Under the pieces are notes generated by a model. The model did not search any database, was not told the DNA's origin, and saw only the letters and a program-made list of their open reading frames with translations. From the sequence record KM190144: 64,000 nt of DNA. One strand, 5' to 3'. Shown here one piece after another: positions 40,808 through 50,629 of this stretch (within the stretch, counting starts at the first letter, position 1; every line of letters begins with the position of its first letter). The position numbers and the translations under genes were made by a program. This DNA comes from Escherichia phage Av-05.

Positions 40808-41005
40808 TTATAGCTCCTTAAGAGATTCTAAATCAAGATAGTCAATATCTTCGTCCACTCGTTTACCGTCTTCCTTACGGTATTTTACCTTAGTTTCAAA
40901 TGCTACCCAATAATCACCTTCATCTTTAAAGGTATCTTCCCACCCTAACCGGACTGCTGTCTTCCTGATGGTTCCTTTGTGAGTATATATCTGTTTACAA
41001 TACAT
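40808..41005 (-). CDS. hypothetical protein
   Basis: 65-codon ORF. Confidence 0.25.
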   Translation of the reverse strand: MYCKQIYTHKGTIRKTAVRLGWEDTFKDEGDYWVAFETKVKYRKEDGKRVDEDIDYLDLESLKEL

Positions 41006-41006
41006 T

Positions 41007-41222
41007 CTAATCCTCCCATTTTATCCATAAAGGGTATTCTGCAACATGCACTTTCTTACCCTTTTTGTTAATAAAAGTATACTCAACAAACTTTGCTATG
41101 TAAAACCTATTGTAATCCTCTGTACCTTTAACAGGACAGTCTGTCTTCCTTCTCTCCACCCATTCTCTGTGGATCACCGCTTTGTTCTTTGGATCAAAGG
41201 GGTGTGGTTGATAAACATCCAT
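41007..41222 (-). CDS. small conserved protein (paralog of 54899-55126)
   Basis: QPHPFDPKNKAVIHREW...EYTFINKKGKKVHVAEY shared with the + strand ORF. Confidence 0.4.
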   Translation of the reverse strand: MDVYQPHPFDPKNKAVIHREWVERRKTDCPVKGTEDYNRFYIAKFVEYTFINKKGKKVHVAEYPLWIKWED

Positions 41223-41719
41223 TATTTCCCCTCGAATCTTTTTCTTGCATCAACAAGTTTAAGATGCATTTCATGGTATTTCTTTAACCTTACCAAATCC
41301 TTATCTGATAAGGATTTAAGACGTTTTACGTCCATATTGTCTTTTAAATCAGCGAGTTTTACACGAATCGCATCATAATTAGTACAGATGCCCTCAATGT
41401 ACTCTTCTTCAGTCAGGCTCTGTTTCTTTGTTAGCAGAAGAACTGCATCTTTTACTCTGTTAGTGAACCCCAACATTACCAAATCGTAAGCTGTAACTTT
41501 GGTATCCTCAAGGATATCGTGAAGGACACCGATTGCCATTAGCTGTAAGTCATCATTACCAAGTTCATGCATCACCCTTAATGGGTGAAGAATGTATGGC
41601 ATTCCACCACGATCTTTCTGCTTAAGATGGTTTTCAGAGGCCAACTTTATAGCTAAAGCTAACTCCTGATGGGGTCTTAAATCTTGCATGTTACTAGGGA
41701 CAGACTTCGATTGTACCAT
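41222..41719 (-). CDS. HD-domain hydrolase (small alarmone hydrolase-like)
   Basis: HPLRVMHELG...VLHDILEDT resembles the SpoT/Mesh1 HD motif. Confidence 0.5.
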   Translation of the reverse strand: MVQSKSVPSNMQDLRPHQELALAIKLASENHLKQKDRGGMPYILHPLRVMHELGNDDLQLMAIGVLHDILEDTKVTAYDLVMLGFTNRVKDAVLLLTKKQSLTEEEYIEGICTNYDAIRVKLADLKDNMDVKRLKSLSDKDLVRLKKYHEMHLKLVDARKRFEGK

Positions 41720-42534
41720 TCATATGCCTCTTTCATATCAAAGGGTTTTATACCAATATTATCAAAATCTACAAGAGAATCAAGAAAAAATTCTCCTTTG
41801 TACCCAGCCATTTCTATCATTAAGCGTTCCTCTTGGGTAGGGATCTCCCCCAAGATAAGCTCTTCCAGCTCCTTTTCTACAACACGATGATACATTACTT
41901 CTTGGGTATTACACACCAAGTAGTAGTGCGATTTCTTATTCTCTACGCCTGGTGTGTTGGTTATCTTAATTCCAGCATGGCCTACATAATCATACATCTT
42001 TGTTTGGTAACGCATTCCATAACAACCTACCAGGGAAAAGGGTCCACAACTGGAATTAATCTCCCTGATGTGGAGAATATCTGGGTTTGTTCTGACATAG
42101 GAAGCCTTTATGGAAAACATATTACCATCCCAATGCCCCAATTGGGACAAAACAGACAGGAATTTTTGTGTTCGTGCAGACAACGACCCTGCTAAACATA
42201 TTCCATAATTAAAGCCTTGGAAAGAGATTGTTATTTGCCCACAAGTAATATCATAGCTTGAAAACTCATGCGTTAAGTTTACGCTTGCCATGTAAGCACG
42301 CTCGTCAGCTTCAACATAATATTTCCAATAACATTTCCTATCCCGAGTATCAAAACACATAAGCACAGCATGTTTTATGAGTTCTATTAAAGGGTTTGGT
42401 TCATGGTGGCGACTTTCAACTTCCCTTATAATGGCTTCACGGAGTGCATTAAAATTTATTTTCATAGATTTTGTGTGATGCAGGTAGTCATCAAAATAAA
42501 AATCCCCTTTATAATCCGTCAGCTTCTTCATCAT
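41677..42534 (-). CDS. hypothetical protein
   Basis: 285-codon ORF, first gene of the minus-strand early block. Confidence 0.35.
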   Translation of the reverse strand: MMKKLTDYKGDFYFDDYLHHTKSMKINFNALREAIIREVESRHHEPNPLIELIKHAVLMCFDTRDRKCYWKYYVEADERAYMASVNLTHEFSSYDITCGQITISFQGFNYGICLAGSLSARTQKFLSVLSQLGHWDGNMFSIKASYVRTNPDILHIREINSSCGPFSLVGCYGMRYQTKMYDYVGHAGIKITNTPGVENKKSHYYLVCNTQEVMYHRVVEKELEELILGEIPTQEERLMIEMAGYKGEFFLDSLVDFDNIGIKPFDMKEAYEWYNRSLSLVTCKI

Positions 42535-42644
42535 GTCTGTCCTCTAAAAAACTTTCATTAGCTCTTAAGAGAGTACAGAACTAAAAAATCAAAGTCAACG
42601 CTTGACAAACTGGAAATTTGTGAGATACTACGAACACAAGCTAA

Positions 42645-43460
42645 GTGACAGAGATATTCTGTATGGACTGGAATGAAGAGTTTACAACCAAAGAGATAAG
42701 GTATCTCAAAACACGACTCTTTTTCAAAAAGAGGAATGCCAAAGCAAGGGGTATAGAGTTTAATCTGACAGAAGATGACTGGTTTATGATGGGTAAAGGC
42801 TTACTTGGGAAAGGTGTTTGTGATTACACAGGCCTACCTTTTTCTGCAACACCTAATGACCCTCTCTACCCATCTGTTGAACGAATAGATGACAAAAAAG
42901 GGTATGTTCGTGGAAACGTTTGTGTAGTCGGCAAGAGAGCAAACCAGTTAAAAGATTTTCTTGTAGACAAAAAGAAAGCTCTAACGATTGTAGACCCACT
43001 TGACATGGATATCGTCCAAGGGATGATATTAAATATGTCAAAGGACCACTTGGAAAAGTTAAAACTTAAACACATACCTACGGAAACAGATATGAAAGAG
43101 ACAGAGAATGTAATTATTAATGAGCAGGTTGAAGAGATGAAAGAAAAATCTCTTCCTGACGATGTTGAAATTGCACTTGCATACGCAAACTACTGTAAAA
43201 CATTTGCGGAAGCAGGTATGAATGTTAGCGTTACTTATGCACAATTTAAGGCTAAATATTCAAGAAACACCTGTTCTCTGACAGGGGAGAAGTTAACAAA
43301 AACACCAAAACCTATTCTCATTATGGATTTAGATCTTGGGTTCGCAAAAGACAACTTTATTATTGTTTCTGAAAAGATGGAAACAGCATTAACACAACTC
43401 ATGATCAATACGAAAATGAGTTTACCAAAAATCACAGCTATGCTGAATAAGGTGGTTTAA
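42645..43460 (+). CDS. hypothetical protein with two internal repeats
   Basis: two C.(Y/S)TG... modules; first gene of + early block. Confidence 0.35.
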   Translation: MTEIFCMDWNEEFTTKEIRYLKTRLFFKKRNAKARGIEFNLTEDDWFMMGKGLLGKGVCDYTGLPFSATPNDPLYPSVERIDDKKGYVRGNVCVVGKRANQLKDFLVDKKKALTIVDPLDMDIVQGMILNMSKDHLEKLKLKHIPTETDMKETENVIINEQVEEMKEKSLPDDVEIALAYANYCKTFAEAGMNVSVTYAQFKAKYSRNTCSLTGEKLTKTPKPILIMDLDLGFAKDNFIIVSEKMETALTQLMINTKMSLPKITAMLNKVV

Positions 43461-43663
43461 TGAAAGATTTTCTACCAAAACAGTGTCCATTTTGTAAAAA
43501 TGATGCACTTTTGCTTAAACAGAAACGCTCTGGGCAAACAGTTTTCCACTACATTTATTGTCAGAAATGCGGGACTTCTGGACCCCACGCGCTGAGTGAG
43601 CTTAGTGCTATAAGTTGGTGGAATATCGGCAGCAAGAAATTAAAGGTAAAAATGTATGTTTGA
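43460..43663 (+). CDS. Lar-like zinc-ribbon protein (restriction alleviation family?)
   Basis: CPFC...C.KCG...WN pattern in 67 aa. Confidence 0.4.
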   Translation: MKDFLPKQCPFCKNDALLLKQKRSGQTVFHYIYCQKCGTSGPHALSELSAISWWNIGSKKLKVKMYV

Positions 43664-43919
43664 AGAAATTCTTGGGAGACCAGCTACCCTTCAGGAAGCC
43701 CAGATGATTGAATCTGGAAATAAGCCAAATTTTAAAGTTGGTGATAGGGTTATTTATAAAAATGCAAAGAACATTAAAACTTCTGTAGAAGCTATCGTAC
43801 TTTTTATGTTCCCAAGCCAACCATCAGGAAAGCAAGTTCCTGTATGGGGAGCCAGATTAACTGGTGGTAATAATTTTATGCCGCTTGATACCATAGAATT
43901 ATTTACAAGTAAAAAATAA
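43656..43919 (+). CDS. hypothetical protein
   Basis: 87-codon ORF. Confidence 0.3.
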   Translation: MFEEILGRPATLQEAQMIESGNKPNFKVGDRVIYKNAKNIKTSVEAIVLFMFPSQPSGKQVPVWGARLTGGNNFMPLDTIELFTSKK

Positions 43920-43970
43920 CAAGTATAATAGGCTGTCGAAAGATAGCCTATTTTTGTATGGAGAATAGTT

Positions 43971-45407
43971 ATGCAAAAAGAAGAATATGAAATGATTGCC
44001 AGATTAGAGAAGGATGCTGTAAAAATTATCCAATCGGCACGAATAGCTCTTTTAAAGTACCGACCATTCTACGGTACTTTGTTAAGTTCTCTTCCTTTAG
44101 TTGCGAACTGGAAATGGTTGCCAACAGCAGCTACTGACCACAAAAACCTCTACTTCAACCCTGAGTTTATTATGGGTATGCCTGAAGAAAGGAAGAAGAA
44201 GGTTTTTGAGCGTGTGGATAATCACCCCACAATGACACAACAAGAAAAAGATGACTATAAAGACTATGTGAACGTATTTTATCGTAAGAAAACACCCAAA
44301 GAGGTTGTTGTTATTCTTATGCACGAGCTACGTCATATTACAAATGACCATCTATCTCGTGGAAAAGCATTTGACTCTAAAACCTACAACACAGCAGCGG
44401 ACCACTATATCAATACAGATTTGGTAGTATCAGATCTCGGACCGCGCTCAAACCAGATGTGTTTCTTCCCAATGGGGAAACAGACAATCTTTGACAAAGA
44501 TAAAGAGTTTGGGTTTATGGCTTATTGCTATTGTGATTTTAATTTCCACGGCATGACAGCAGAGGAGATTTACAGTCTCATAAACAAAGGCCAGCCGTCT
44601 GTTGGCAAACCTATGGGCACACACATAGGGGATTATGATCAGGACAGCAATATCCTAGGGTATGAAGATCCTCACCCAGTGCCAAGCCAGACAGAAAAAG
44701 ATGATAATATGTCGTGGTCATCTGGTCTTATCGAAGCAGCAATGGAAGCAGCGGGAGGAGAGGGGCCGAAAGAGGTGCGTGATGTTATTGCAAGAATGCG
44801 TAAACCACACATAAATTATCTTCAGATAATAAAACAGCGTATGCTTTCTCGGATCAAGTCTAACCTGACATACAGGAAGCCATCTCGTAGGTCTGGATCT
44901 ATGACACAGGCACTTCGACAGTACGGAGCTATCGGTAAAAAACAGCATATCGTTTTACCAGGAAGAGAGTACGATAATACTATCGATATAGTTATTGGTT
45001 TTGATGTGTCTGGATCAATTTCGAAGGCAAATTTGGACAAAATCTTTGGAGAAATCGTAGGATTATGCCAGCTTTACCGTGTTTTTCGCGTGACATTGTT
45101 CTGTTGGTCAACAAAAGTCGGAGAGGTTAAAGTTTATACACACGAAAACATCAAGGAAATGCTTGATTATAAAGTGAATTCTACTGGTGGGACTCTTGCA
45201 GCATCAGCTTTTGAGTATATTGAAAATAACATTTTTGATGCAAAAGACGTTATTATTTTTACAGACGGGTATATAGAGGATTTAAGCCACAAGAAAAAAG
45301 ATTGGGGACGCAAATGGGATATTCTTTGGGTTATTTGTGGTCGTGGAAATAATAAATTTGTACCACCTTTCGGAAGGGCTGTAAATTTAGATGAACACGC
45401 AAAATAA
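43971..45407 (+). CDS. vWA-domain protein with N-terminal HExxH metallopeptidase-like motif (CobT/CoxE-like)
   Basis: LMHELRHITNDH motif; C-terminal MIDAS-like DVSGS; likely partner of the AAA+ ATPase at 39022-40230. Confidence 0.55.
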   Translation: MQKEEYEMIARLEKDAVKIIQSARIALLKYRPFYGTLLSSLPLVANWKWLPTAATDHKNLYFNPEFIMGMPEERKKKVFERVDNHPTMTQQEKDDYKDYVNVFYRKKTPKEVVVILMHELRHITNDHLSRGKAFDSKTYNTAADHYINTDLVVSDLGPRSNQMCFFPMGKQTIFDKDKEFGFMAYCYCDFNFHGMTAEEIYSLINKGQPSVGKPMGTHIGDYDQDSNILGYEDPHPVPSQTEKDDNMSWSSGLIEAAMEAAGGEGPKEVRDVIARMRKPHINYLQIIKQRMLSRIKSNLTYRKPSRRSGSMTQALRQYGAIGKKQHIVLPGREYDNTIDIVIGFDVSGSISKANLDKIFGEIVGLCQLYRVFRVTLFCWSTKVGEVKVYTHENIKEMLDYKVNSTGGTLAASAFEYIENNIFDAKDVIIFTDGYIEDLSHKKKDWGRKWDILWVICGRGNNKFVPPFGRAVNLDEHAK

Positions 45408-45825
45408 ATTAAAAGTTTTCGACATGTTAGTGGATATTCACTTCCTGTCTCTGGGGTGTGCTATAGATATATCATGGAAGAGTTGGAACGGTGGCAAATT
45501 TATTTTTGGGTCGCTTAGACAAGATACCACAAAATATTTTGTAAGTTGCACAAGGAAATCTCTTGAAATACAGAAATTTTCTGGGTCTGGTTGGAAAACA
45601 TTAATTGACCCCAGCATGACACTTGACCCACAAAATATCTCAGAGAGTGAAAAACTCTTGGTAAATATCCTCCCAGGACTGACCGATTTTGAGAGGGAAC
45701 TCTACGAAGTGGCTGGGAATGTGGCTAAAATGTGGGCAGATGACCACACACAAGAAACGGATGCAAGGGAGTACGTGAGGAAGTTTCTCCGCAGACATCT
45801 CGATTGGGATACAACAGAAGAGTAA
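45391..45825 (+). CDS. hypothetical protein
   Basis: 144-codon ORF. Confidence 0.3.
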   Translation: MNTQNKLKVFDMLVDIHFLSLGCAIDISWKSWNGGKFIFGSLRQDTTKYFVSCTRKSLEIQKFSGSGWKTLIDPSMTLDPQNISESEKLLVNILPGLTDFERELYEVAGNVAKMWADDHTQETDAREYVRKFLRRHLDWDTTEE

Positions 45826-45928
45826 AATTTAACCACACAGGGAGGCTAACGCACGTAGTCTCCCATATGTCCCCATTTCAGGGACTATGTTATAGTAGTC
45901 CTAACAAAACAACAAAATGGAACCTAAA

Positions 45929-46192
45929 ATGAAAACTTTCAACGAATTCATCTCAGAATCGTCTGGTGTGAAAATTAACAAAGCGGTCAATCAGGTTATT
46001 GCTGATATTCTTAATTTGTATAACATTGACTTAACTCCGCATATCACGCTTGGTAACAAACGAAACTTTTTCATATTTAACACATCCGAACTTGACGAAA
46101 ATCAGTTCAATAACATTCAACGTTTTGCGAATGATAAAGGTCTTCGACATGAGCCTGGTGGCTATAAAAAATACGCAATATATTTGAAATAA
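45929..46192 (+). CDS. internal-protein-like small protein
   Basis: N-terminus MKTFNEFISES resembles the T4 internal protein capsid-targeting sequence. Confidence 0.4.
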   Translation: MKTFNEFISESSGVKINKAVNQVIADILNLYNIDLTPHITLGNKRNFFIFNTSELDENQFNNIQRFANDKGLRHEPGGYKKYAIYLK

Positions 46193-46252
46193 AGGTATAC
46201 AAGCCTATAGGACTATGTTATAGTAGTCCTATTAAAACATGAGGAGAATATT

Positions 46253-46558
46253 ATGAAATTAGGCGAAACCAACCGAATTGGTCTTTTTACAATATTTGCA
46301 TCACCTTTTTACGCAGCTCTTTCTGTTGCAGTATTACAAAAGGCTTACGATATGGATGGTGTTCCTGGTTTTGTATTCTTATCACCATTTTTATTATTCG
46401 TCGGGGCTTTGTTATTATATGCCACGACTAGTTTTGACCATAACGTCTGGGTTAATTATAAATGTAAATTGTCTGAAGAAGAACATGCAGAAGCTCGTAA
46501 AAAAGCTATTGAATCTACCAATCTAGAAAATTTCATTAAAGAATGCCGAGGAAAATAA
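46253..46558 (+). CDS. membrane protein
   Basis: hydrophobic helices. Confidence 0.3.
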   Translation: MKLGETNRIGLFTIFASPFYAALSVAVLQKAYDMDGVPGFVFLSPFLLFVGALLLYATTSFDHNVWVNYKCKLSEEEHAEARKKAIESTNLENFIKECRGK

Positions 46559-46559
46559 T

Positions 46560-47246
46560 ATGAATAGTTCTAAAGTGTTTAATAGTCAAGCTCGTGCAGT
46601 AGGTGGTTTTGCTCATAACGTACAAAATGACCAAATCAAAAATGAACCAATGTTCTTTAACTGTGATTTGAGTTTTGCTTGGGATAACGGTGGTCCAATT
46701 ACTCGTAGCTTTATCCAAAATCTCCCTGACGATTGGAAAGGCTCGGATGTAGTATTTGATTCACGAGTCCACATGCTGATGCCTGGTTGGTATCCTGCTA
46801 TTCCTGGATATCACCATGATGATGTTCCTCGCCCTGATATTCCAGTCGGCCAACACTTTATTACTGCAGGACAACCTGACTATGATAACCCTCGTTACCA
46901 TTCTGAACATATTCTTGGTCTTGTTAACGCTGATGTGTGTCCTACTCATTTTGCAACAGGAACTGCAGAGTTCAGTCAGATTCCTGATGGCGAACTTATC
47001 TATCGCCAGTGGCACAAAGAAGTCCTCGAAAAAATTGAAAAAGGTGAACTAGAGAAATGGGAAGCTCCGGACCGTACTCTTCTTCAGTTTGATTGGCAAA
47101 CATGGCACACTGGTTCTCGTGCAATTAGTAATGGATGGCGTTGGTTCGGACGTGTATCTCGTAATACAGACCGAGTTAAAAAGATTACTAATGAAATTCG
47201 TGTCAATGCTCAAGTTTATCTGGAATTCCCTATGGAAGGCTGGTAA
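46560..47246 (+). CDS. hypothetical protein
   Basis: 228-codon ORF, His/Asp/Trp-rich. Confidence 0.35.
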   Translation: MNSSKVFNSQARAVGGFAHNVQNDQIKNEPMFFNCDLSFAWDNGGPITRSFIQNLPDDWKGSDVVFDSRVHMLMPGWYPAIPGYHHDDVPRPDIPVGQHFITAGQPDYDNPRYHSEHILGLVNADVCPTHFATGTAEFSQIPDGELIYRQWHKEVLEKIEKGELEKWEAPDRTLLQFDWQTWHTGSRAISNGWRWFGRVSRNTDRVKKITNEIRVNAQVYLEFPMEGW

Positions 47247-47737
47247 TGATTAACAAAACATATTGGTCTAATATAGACGACGGTAATGAAGGTATTTCGT
47301 ACTATTCAGTAGATTGGACAGGATGTCCATCCTACTTAGTGAAACGTATTTGTCAAGAATTTAAAATCGACCAGCCAGCAGGTATTATCGTGAACAGATA
47401 CATTAATGGATATCAACCTATCGATGAAGTAATACGAACAACTCAAGCTGAGCTTGAAAAGTTTTTCAATAAGTGCCAATGGATAACAGGATGGATTATA
47501 TTTGTACCGTCGGTATGGTTTTTTAGTACTAAAGTAAGTGCCTTTGCCATACCAGATATTATCGCTATATTATTAGCATCTACTATCGTAAGTATTATTG
47601 GTGGTATTATTGGTGGAGGTACTATAGGCATCATTATTAATCTTGTTAAAAGTAGTTTACAGGAACGTAAAGACAAGATAAAGGCCAAGAATAATGAAGT
47701 TGAACGTTTTATTACCGAATGCAGGAATTTGAGATGA
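47246..47737 (+). CDS. membrane protein
   Basis: hydrophobic segment with GG(I/T)IG repeats. Confidence 0.3.
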   Translation: MINKTYWSNIDDGNEGISYYSVDWTGCPSYLVKRICQEFKIDQPAGIIVNRYINGYQPIDEVIRTTQAELEKFFNKCQWITGWIIFVPSVWFFSTKVSAFAIPDIIAILLASTIVSIIGGIIGGGTIGIIINLVKSSLQERKDKIKAKNNEVERFITECRNLR

Positions 47738-47970
47738 GTATAGCAATTTACATTAAATCAGAATCATGTGATAGTTATCTGTACACATATGATAAAGATG
47801 TGTCAGAAGAAAAAATCAAAGACGATCTTAATATGGACCTTGATATGTTCTGTCCTATTGCAGATTACAAACTTGCGGTTTCTAATAGTGAAAGTCCATC
47901 TAAAGAAACGCGCATTGAAGAATTTATGTCCGAATTAATGGCCAAATCATGGGACCGAGATGATGAGTAA
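47719..47970 (+). CDS. hypothetical protein
   Basis: 83-codon ORF. Confidence 0.3.
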   Translation: MQEFEMSIAIYIKSESCDSYLYTYDKDVSEEKIKDDLNMDLDMFCPIADYKLAVSNSESPSKETRIEEFMSELMAKSWDRDDE

Positions 47971-48418
47971 GAAAAATAAAGTGAAAGAACTATCAGCCGG
48001 TATTATCTTCATGACAAAAGATAAAGAGTTATTCATGGGCCGTGTAACTGGTTCTCGTCCTAAAGGTGCATTAGCTCATCGGTGGGATATTCCTAAAGGC
48101 CGTGTCGAGCCAGGTGAATCTCCTATTGAAGCCGCTATTCGTGAATGCGAAGAAGAAACTGGGTTTACACAATATGACCCTGCCTTCCTGAAAGACCTAG
48201 GCGAACATCATTACTCAGACAATAAGAATATTCATCTATTCCAATATACCATCCCTGTAGAGCACGAGCAATTCAGAAACAGTGTTTGTAATTCCTATCA
48301 TACATTCCCAGACGGACGACAGATTCCTGAATTTGATGCATTCGCTTTAATTAAACCTTCTCAATGGGAATATGTAATGGGCAAATCATTATATAAGGTG
48401 CTCACTACCATCCTATAA
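47960..48418 (+). CDS. nudE: Nudix hydrolase
   Basis: Nudix box GRVEPGESPIEAAIRECEEETG; immediately upstream of e as in T4. Confidence 0.6.
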   Translation: MMSKKNKVKELSAGIIFMTKDKELFMGRVTGSRPKGALAHRWDIPKGRVEPGESPIEAAIRECEEETGFTQYDPAFLKDLGEHHYSDNKNIHLFQYTIPVEHEQFRNSVCNSYHTFPDGRQIPEFDAFALIKPSQWEYVMGKSLYKVLTTIL

Positions 48419-48425
48419 GTAATAA

Positions 48426-48451
48426 ATACCTCCTATAAACGTAGGAGGTAT
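48426..48451 (+). promoter_or_regulatory. SD-sequestering hairpin with late-promoter-like TATAAACG in the loop
   Basis: perfect inverted repeat ATACCTCCTA/TAGGAGGTAT; 3' arm is the ribosome-binding site of e. Confidence 0.5.
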
Positions 48452-48452
48452 T

Positions 48453-48941
48453 ATGAATATATTTGAAATGCTTCGTAATGACGAAGGTCTTAGACTGACT
48501 TTATACAAAGACACCGAAGGCTTTTGGACGATTGGCATAGGCCATTTAGTAACAAAGAACCCGTCTTTAGCCGTAGCTAAAGCTGAACTTGACAGAATGA
48601 TCGGTCGTAAATGCAACGGTACAATTACCCTTGATGAGGCTGAAAAGCTATTTAATGAAGACGTCGATAAAGCCGTTCGCGGAATCTTGGGTAATGCTAA
48701 ACTTAAACCGGTATATGATTCTTTAGATGCGGTTCGTCGATGTGCATTGGTCAATATGGTCTTTCAAATGGGTGTAGCAGGCGTTGCTGGTTTTACTAAT
48801 TCTCTTCGTATGCTTCAACAGAAACGTTGGGATGAAGCGGCAGTAAATCTAGCCCAATCTAAATGGTATCGTCAGACACCTAATCGCGCGAAACGCGTAA
48901 TCTCAACATTTAAAACAGGAACTTGGAAAGCGTATATATGA
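48453..48941 (+). CDS. e: T4-type lysozyme (endolysin)
   Basis: about 80 percent identical by eye to T4 lysozyme (MNIFEMLR...EGLRL...YKDTEG...TIGIGHL...). Confidence 0.9.
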   Translation: MNIFEMLRNDEGLRLTLYKDTEGFWTIGIGHLVTKNPSLAVAKAELDRMIGRKCNGTITLDEAEKLFNEDVDKAVRGILGNAKLKPVYDSLDAVRRCALVNMVFQMGVAGVAGFTNSLRMLQQKRWDEAAVNLAQSKWYRQTPNRAKRVISTFKTGTWKAYI

Positions 48942-49219
48942 AAACATACAGTGAATTTTTATCAGAATCTATTCTTAACGAAGCTACTGACACATTTGCA
49001 ACTAAGCTAGGTGCAGCTTTAGTTGAAGCTGAAAGTCTATTAGCACGTATTTCTGAACTTGCCAGTAAGATAGATACTCGCAAATTTGAGCGCACCAGTG
49101 ATATCGTTAAGCTTGAAGCACTGCTGCGTATGTGCGATAAACCGGAAGAAATCGCTAAGAACGGCTCGTTAATGAAACAACGTCTTGAAAAATATATTTC
49201 AGGCGCTTCAGAAAAATAG
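48938..49219 (+). CDS. internal-protein-like protein
   Basis: N-terminus [11 protein letters not shown]; ATG overlaps the e stop (ATGA). Confidence 0.5.
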   Translation: MKTYSEFLSESILNEATDTFATKLGAALVEAESLLARISELASKIDTRKFERTSDIVKLEALLRMCDKPEEIAKNGSLMKQRLEKYISGASEK

Positions 49220-49220
49220 T

Positions 49221-49250
49221 GTTTACTTCCTCCAAGGGTTTTGATACTAT
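49221..49250 (+). promoter_or_regulatory. T4-early-type promoter
   Basis: -35 GTTTAC, 17-18 nt spacer, -10 TACTAT; spacer is inverted-repeat partner of the denV SD. Confidence 0.5.
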
Positions 49251-49277
49251 ACATCTATCAACTACTTGGAGGAAATT

Positions 49278-49691
49278 ATGACTCGTATCAATTTAACACT
49301 TGTTTCTGAACTGACCGACCAACATCTTATGGCTGAGTATCGTGAATTACCTCGTGTATTCGGTGCAGTCCGTAAACATGTTCAAAATGGTAAACGTGTA
49401 AAAGATTTTAAAATCTCTCCAACATTTATTTTAGGCACGGGCCACGTAACATTCTTTTACGACAAACTCGAATTTTTACGTTTACGTCAAATCGAGCTAA
49501 TAGCTGAATGTTTGAAACGTGGTTTCAAAATCAAGGACACGACAGTCCAGGATATTTCCGACATTCCTGTAGAATTTCGTAATAATTATGTCCCGTCCGA
49601 AGCGTCCATTGCGATAAGTCAAGCACGCTTAGATGAAAAAATTGCTCAACGTCCCACTTGGTACAAATACTATGGTAAATCAATTTACTAA
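49278..49691 (+). CDS. denV: endonuclease V (pyrimidine-dimer glycosylase)
   Basis: near-identical by eye to T4 endonuclease V ([12 protein letters not shown]...[16 protein letters not shown]...). Confidence 0.9.
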   Translation: MTRINLTLVSELTDQHLMAEYRELPRVFGAVRKHVQNGKRVKDFKISPTFILGTGHVTFFYDKLEFLRLRQIELIAECLKRGFKIKDTTVQDISDIPVEFRNNYVPSEASIAISQARLDEKIAQRPTWYKYYGKSIY

Positions 49692-49697
49692 GGAAAA

Positions 49698-49958
49698 ATG
49701 AAAATGTATCAAGAATTTATCACTGAAGCGGATGCCAAAGACCCCAAATTTAAAGTTAAAGCTTTCATTGGTGATGCGGAAGACTTTGGCTCATTAAAAC
49801 GTAATGGGTATTCTTTCTTAGGTGGCGATGGTAAAGAAATCAACACCTATGCAAAACGTAGTGAAATTGCTTATGTTGTAGCAAGTCCTAAAGTAGATGC
49901 TGATGATATTGGATACGATTTTAACAACTTCGGAATTATTTCTGGCGGTAAAGCTTAA
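49698..49958 (+). CDS. internal-protein-like protein
   Basis: N-terminus MKMYQEFITEA. Confidence 0.5.
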   Translation: MKMYQEFITEADAKDPKFKVKAFIGDAEDFGSLKRNGYSFLGGDGKEINTYAKRSEIAYVVASPKVDADDIGYDFNNFGIISGGKA

Positions 49959-49961
49959 ATT

Positions 49962-49991
49962 GTTTACGCTTAAGTATTAATATGGTATAAT
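49962..49991 (+). promoter_or_regulatory. T4-early-type promoter
   Basis: -35 GTTTAC, about 18 nt spacer, -10 TATAAT. Confidence 0.45.
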
Positions 49992-50021
49992 TACTCTATC
50001 AAAACAAACAAGGAAACAAAA

Positions 50022-50600
50022 ATGAAAACATATAAAGAATTTATCGCCGAGGCCTTTGCAGGAAAAGCTCAAGGCATTAATAAGGACGAGTGGAATTATC
50101 GTGGCGGAAATGGTTTTGACCCTAAAACTGCTCCACTTGAACGATATCTAGCCACAAAAGCTTCTGATTTTAAAGCCTTCGCTTGGGAAGGACTACGCTG
50201 GCGTAACGATCTAAATATTGAAGTTGACGGACTTAAATTTGCTCATATTGAAGATGTTGTTGCTAGTAACTTAGACGCAGCTTTTGTTAAAGCCGACAGT
50301 GACCTTCGTCGCTGGAATTTAAAACTGTTCTCTAAACAAAAAGGCCCGAAGTTTGTGCCTAAAGCAGGTAAATGGGTCATTGATAATAAATTGGCTAAAG
50401 CTGTCAACTACGCTGGTCTTGAATTTGCCAAGCATAAATCATCATGGAAAGGTCTTGATGCAATGACTTTCCGTAAAGAATTTGCCGATGTTATGGCTAA
50501 AGGTGGCTTTAAGGCAGAAATAGATACCTCTAAAGGTACGTTTAAAGACGCTAATGTTCAGTACGCTTACGCCGTCGCTAATGCGGCCCGTGGTAATTAA
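50022..50600 (+). CDS. internal-protein-like protein
   Basis: N-terminus MKTYKEFIAEA matches the T4 capsid-targeting sequence. Confidence 0.5.
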   Translation: MKTYKEFIAEAFAGKAQGINKDEWNYRGGNGFDPKTAPLERYLATKASDFKAFAWEGLRWRNDLNIEVDGLKFAHIEDVVASNLDAAFVKADSDLRRWNLKLFSKQKGPKFVPKAGKWVIDNKLAKAVNYAGLEFAKHKSSWKGLDAMTFRKEFADVMAKGGFKAEIDTSKGTFKDANVQYAYAVANAARGN

Positions 50601-50629
50601 TAAGGCCTATTTACATTTAAAGGAAACAT

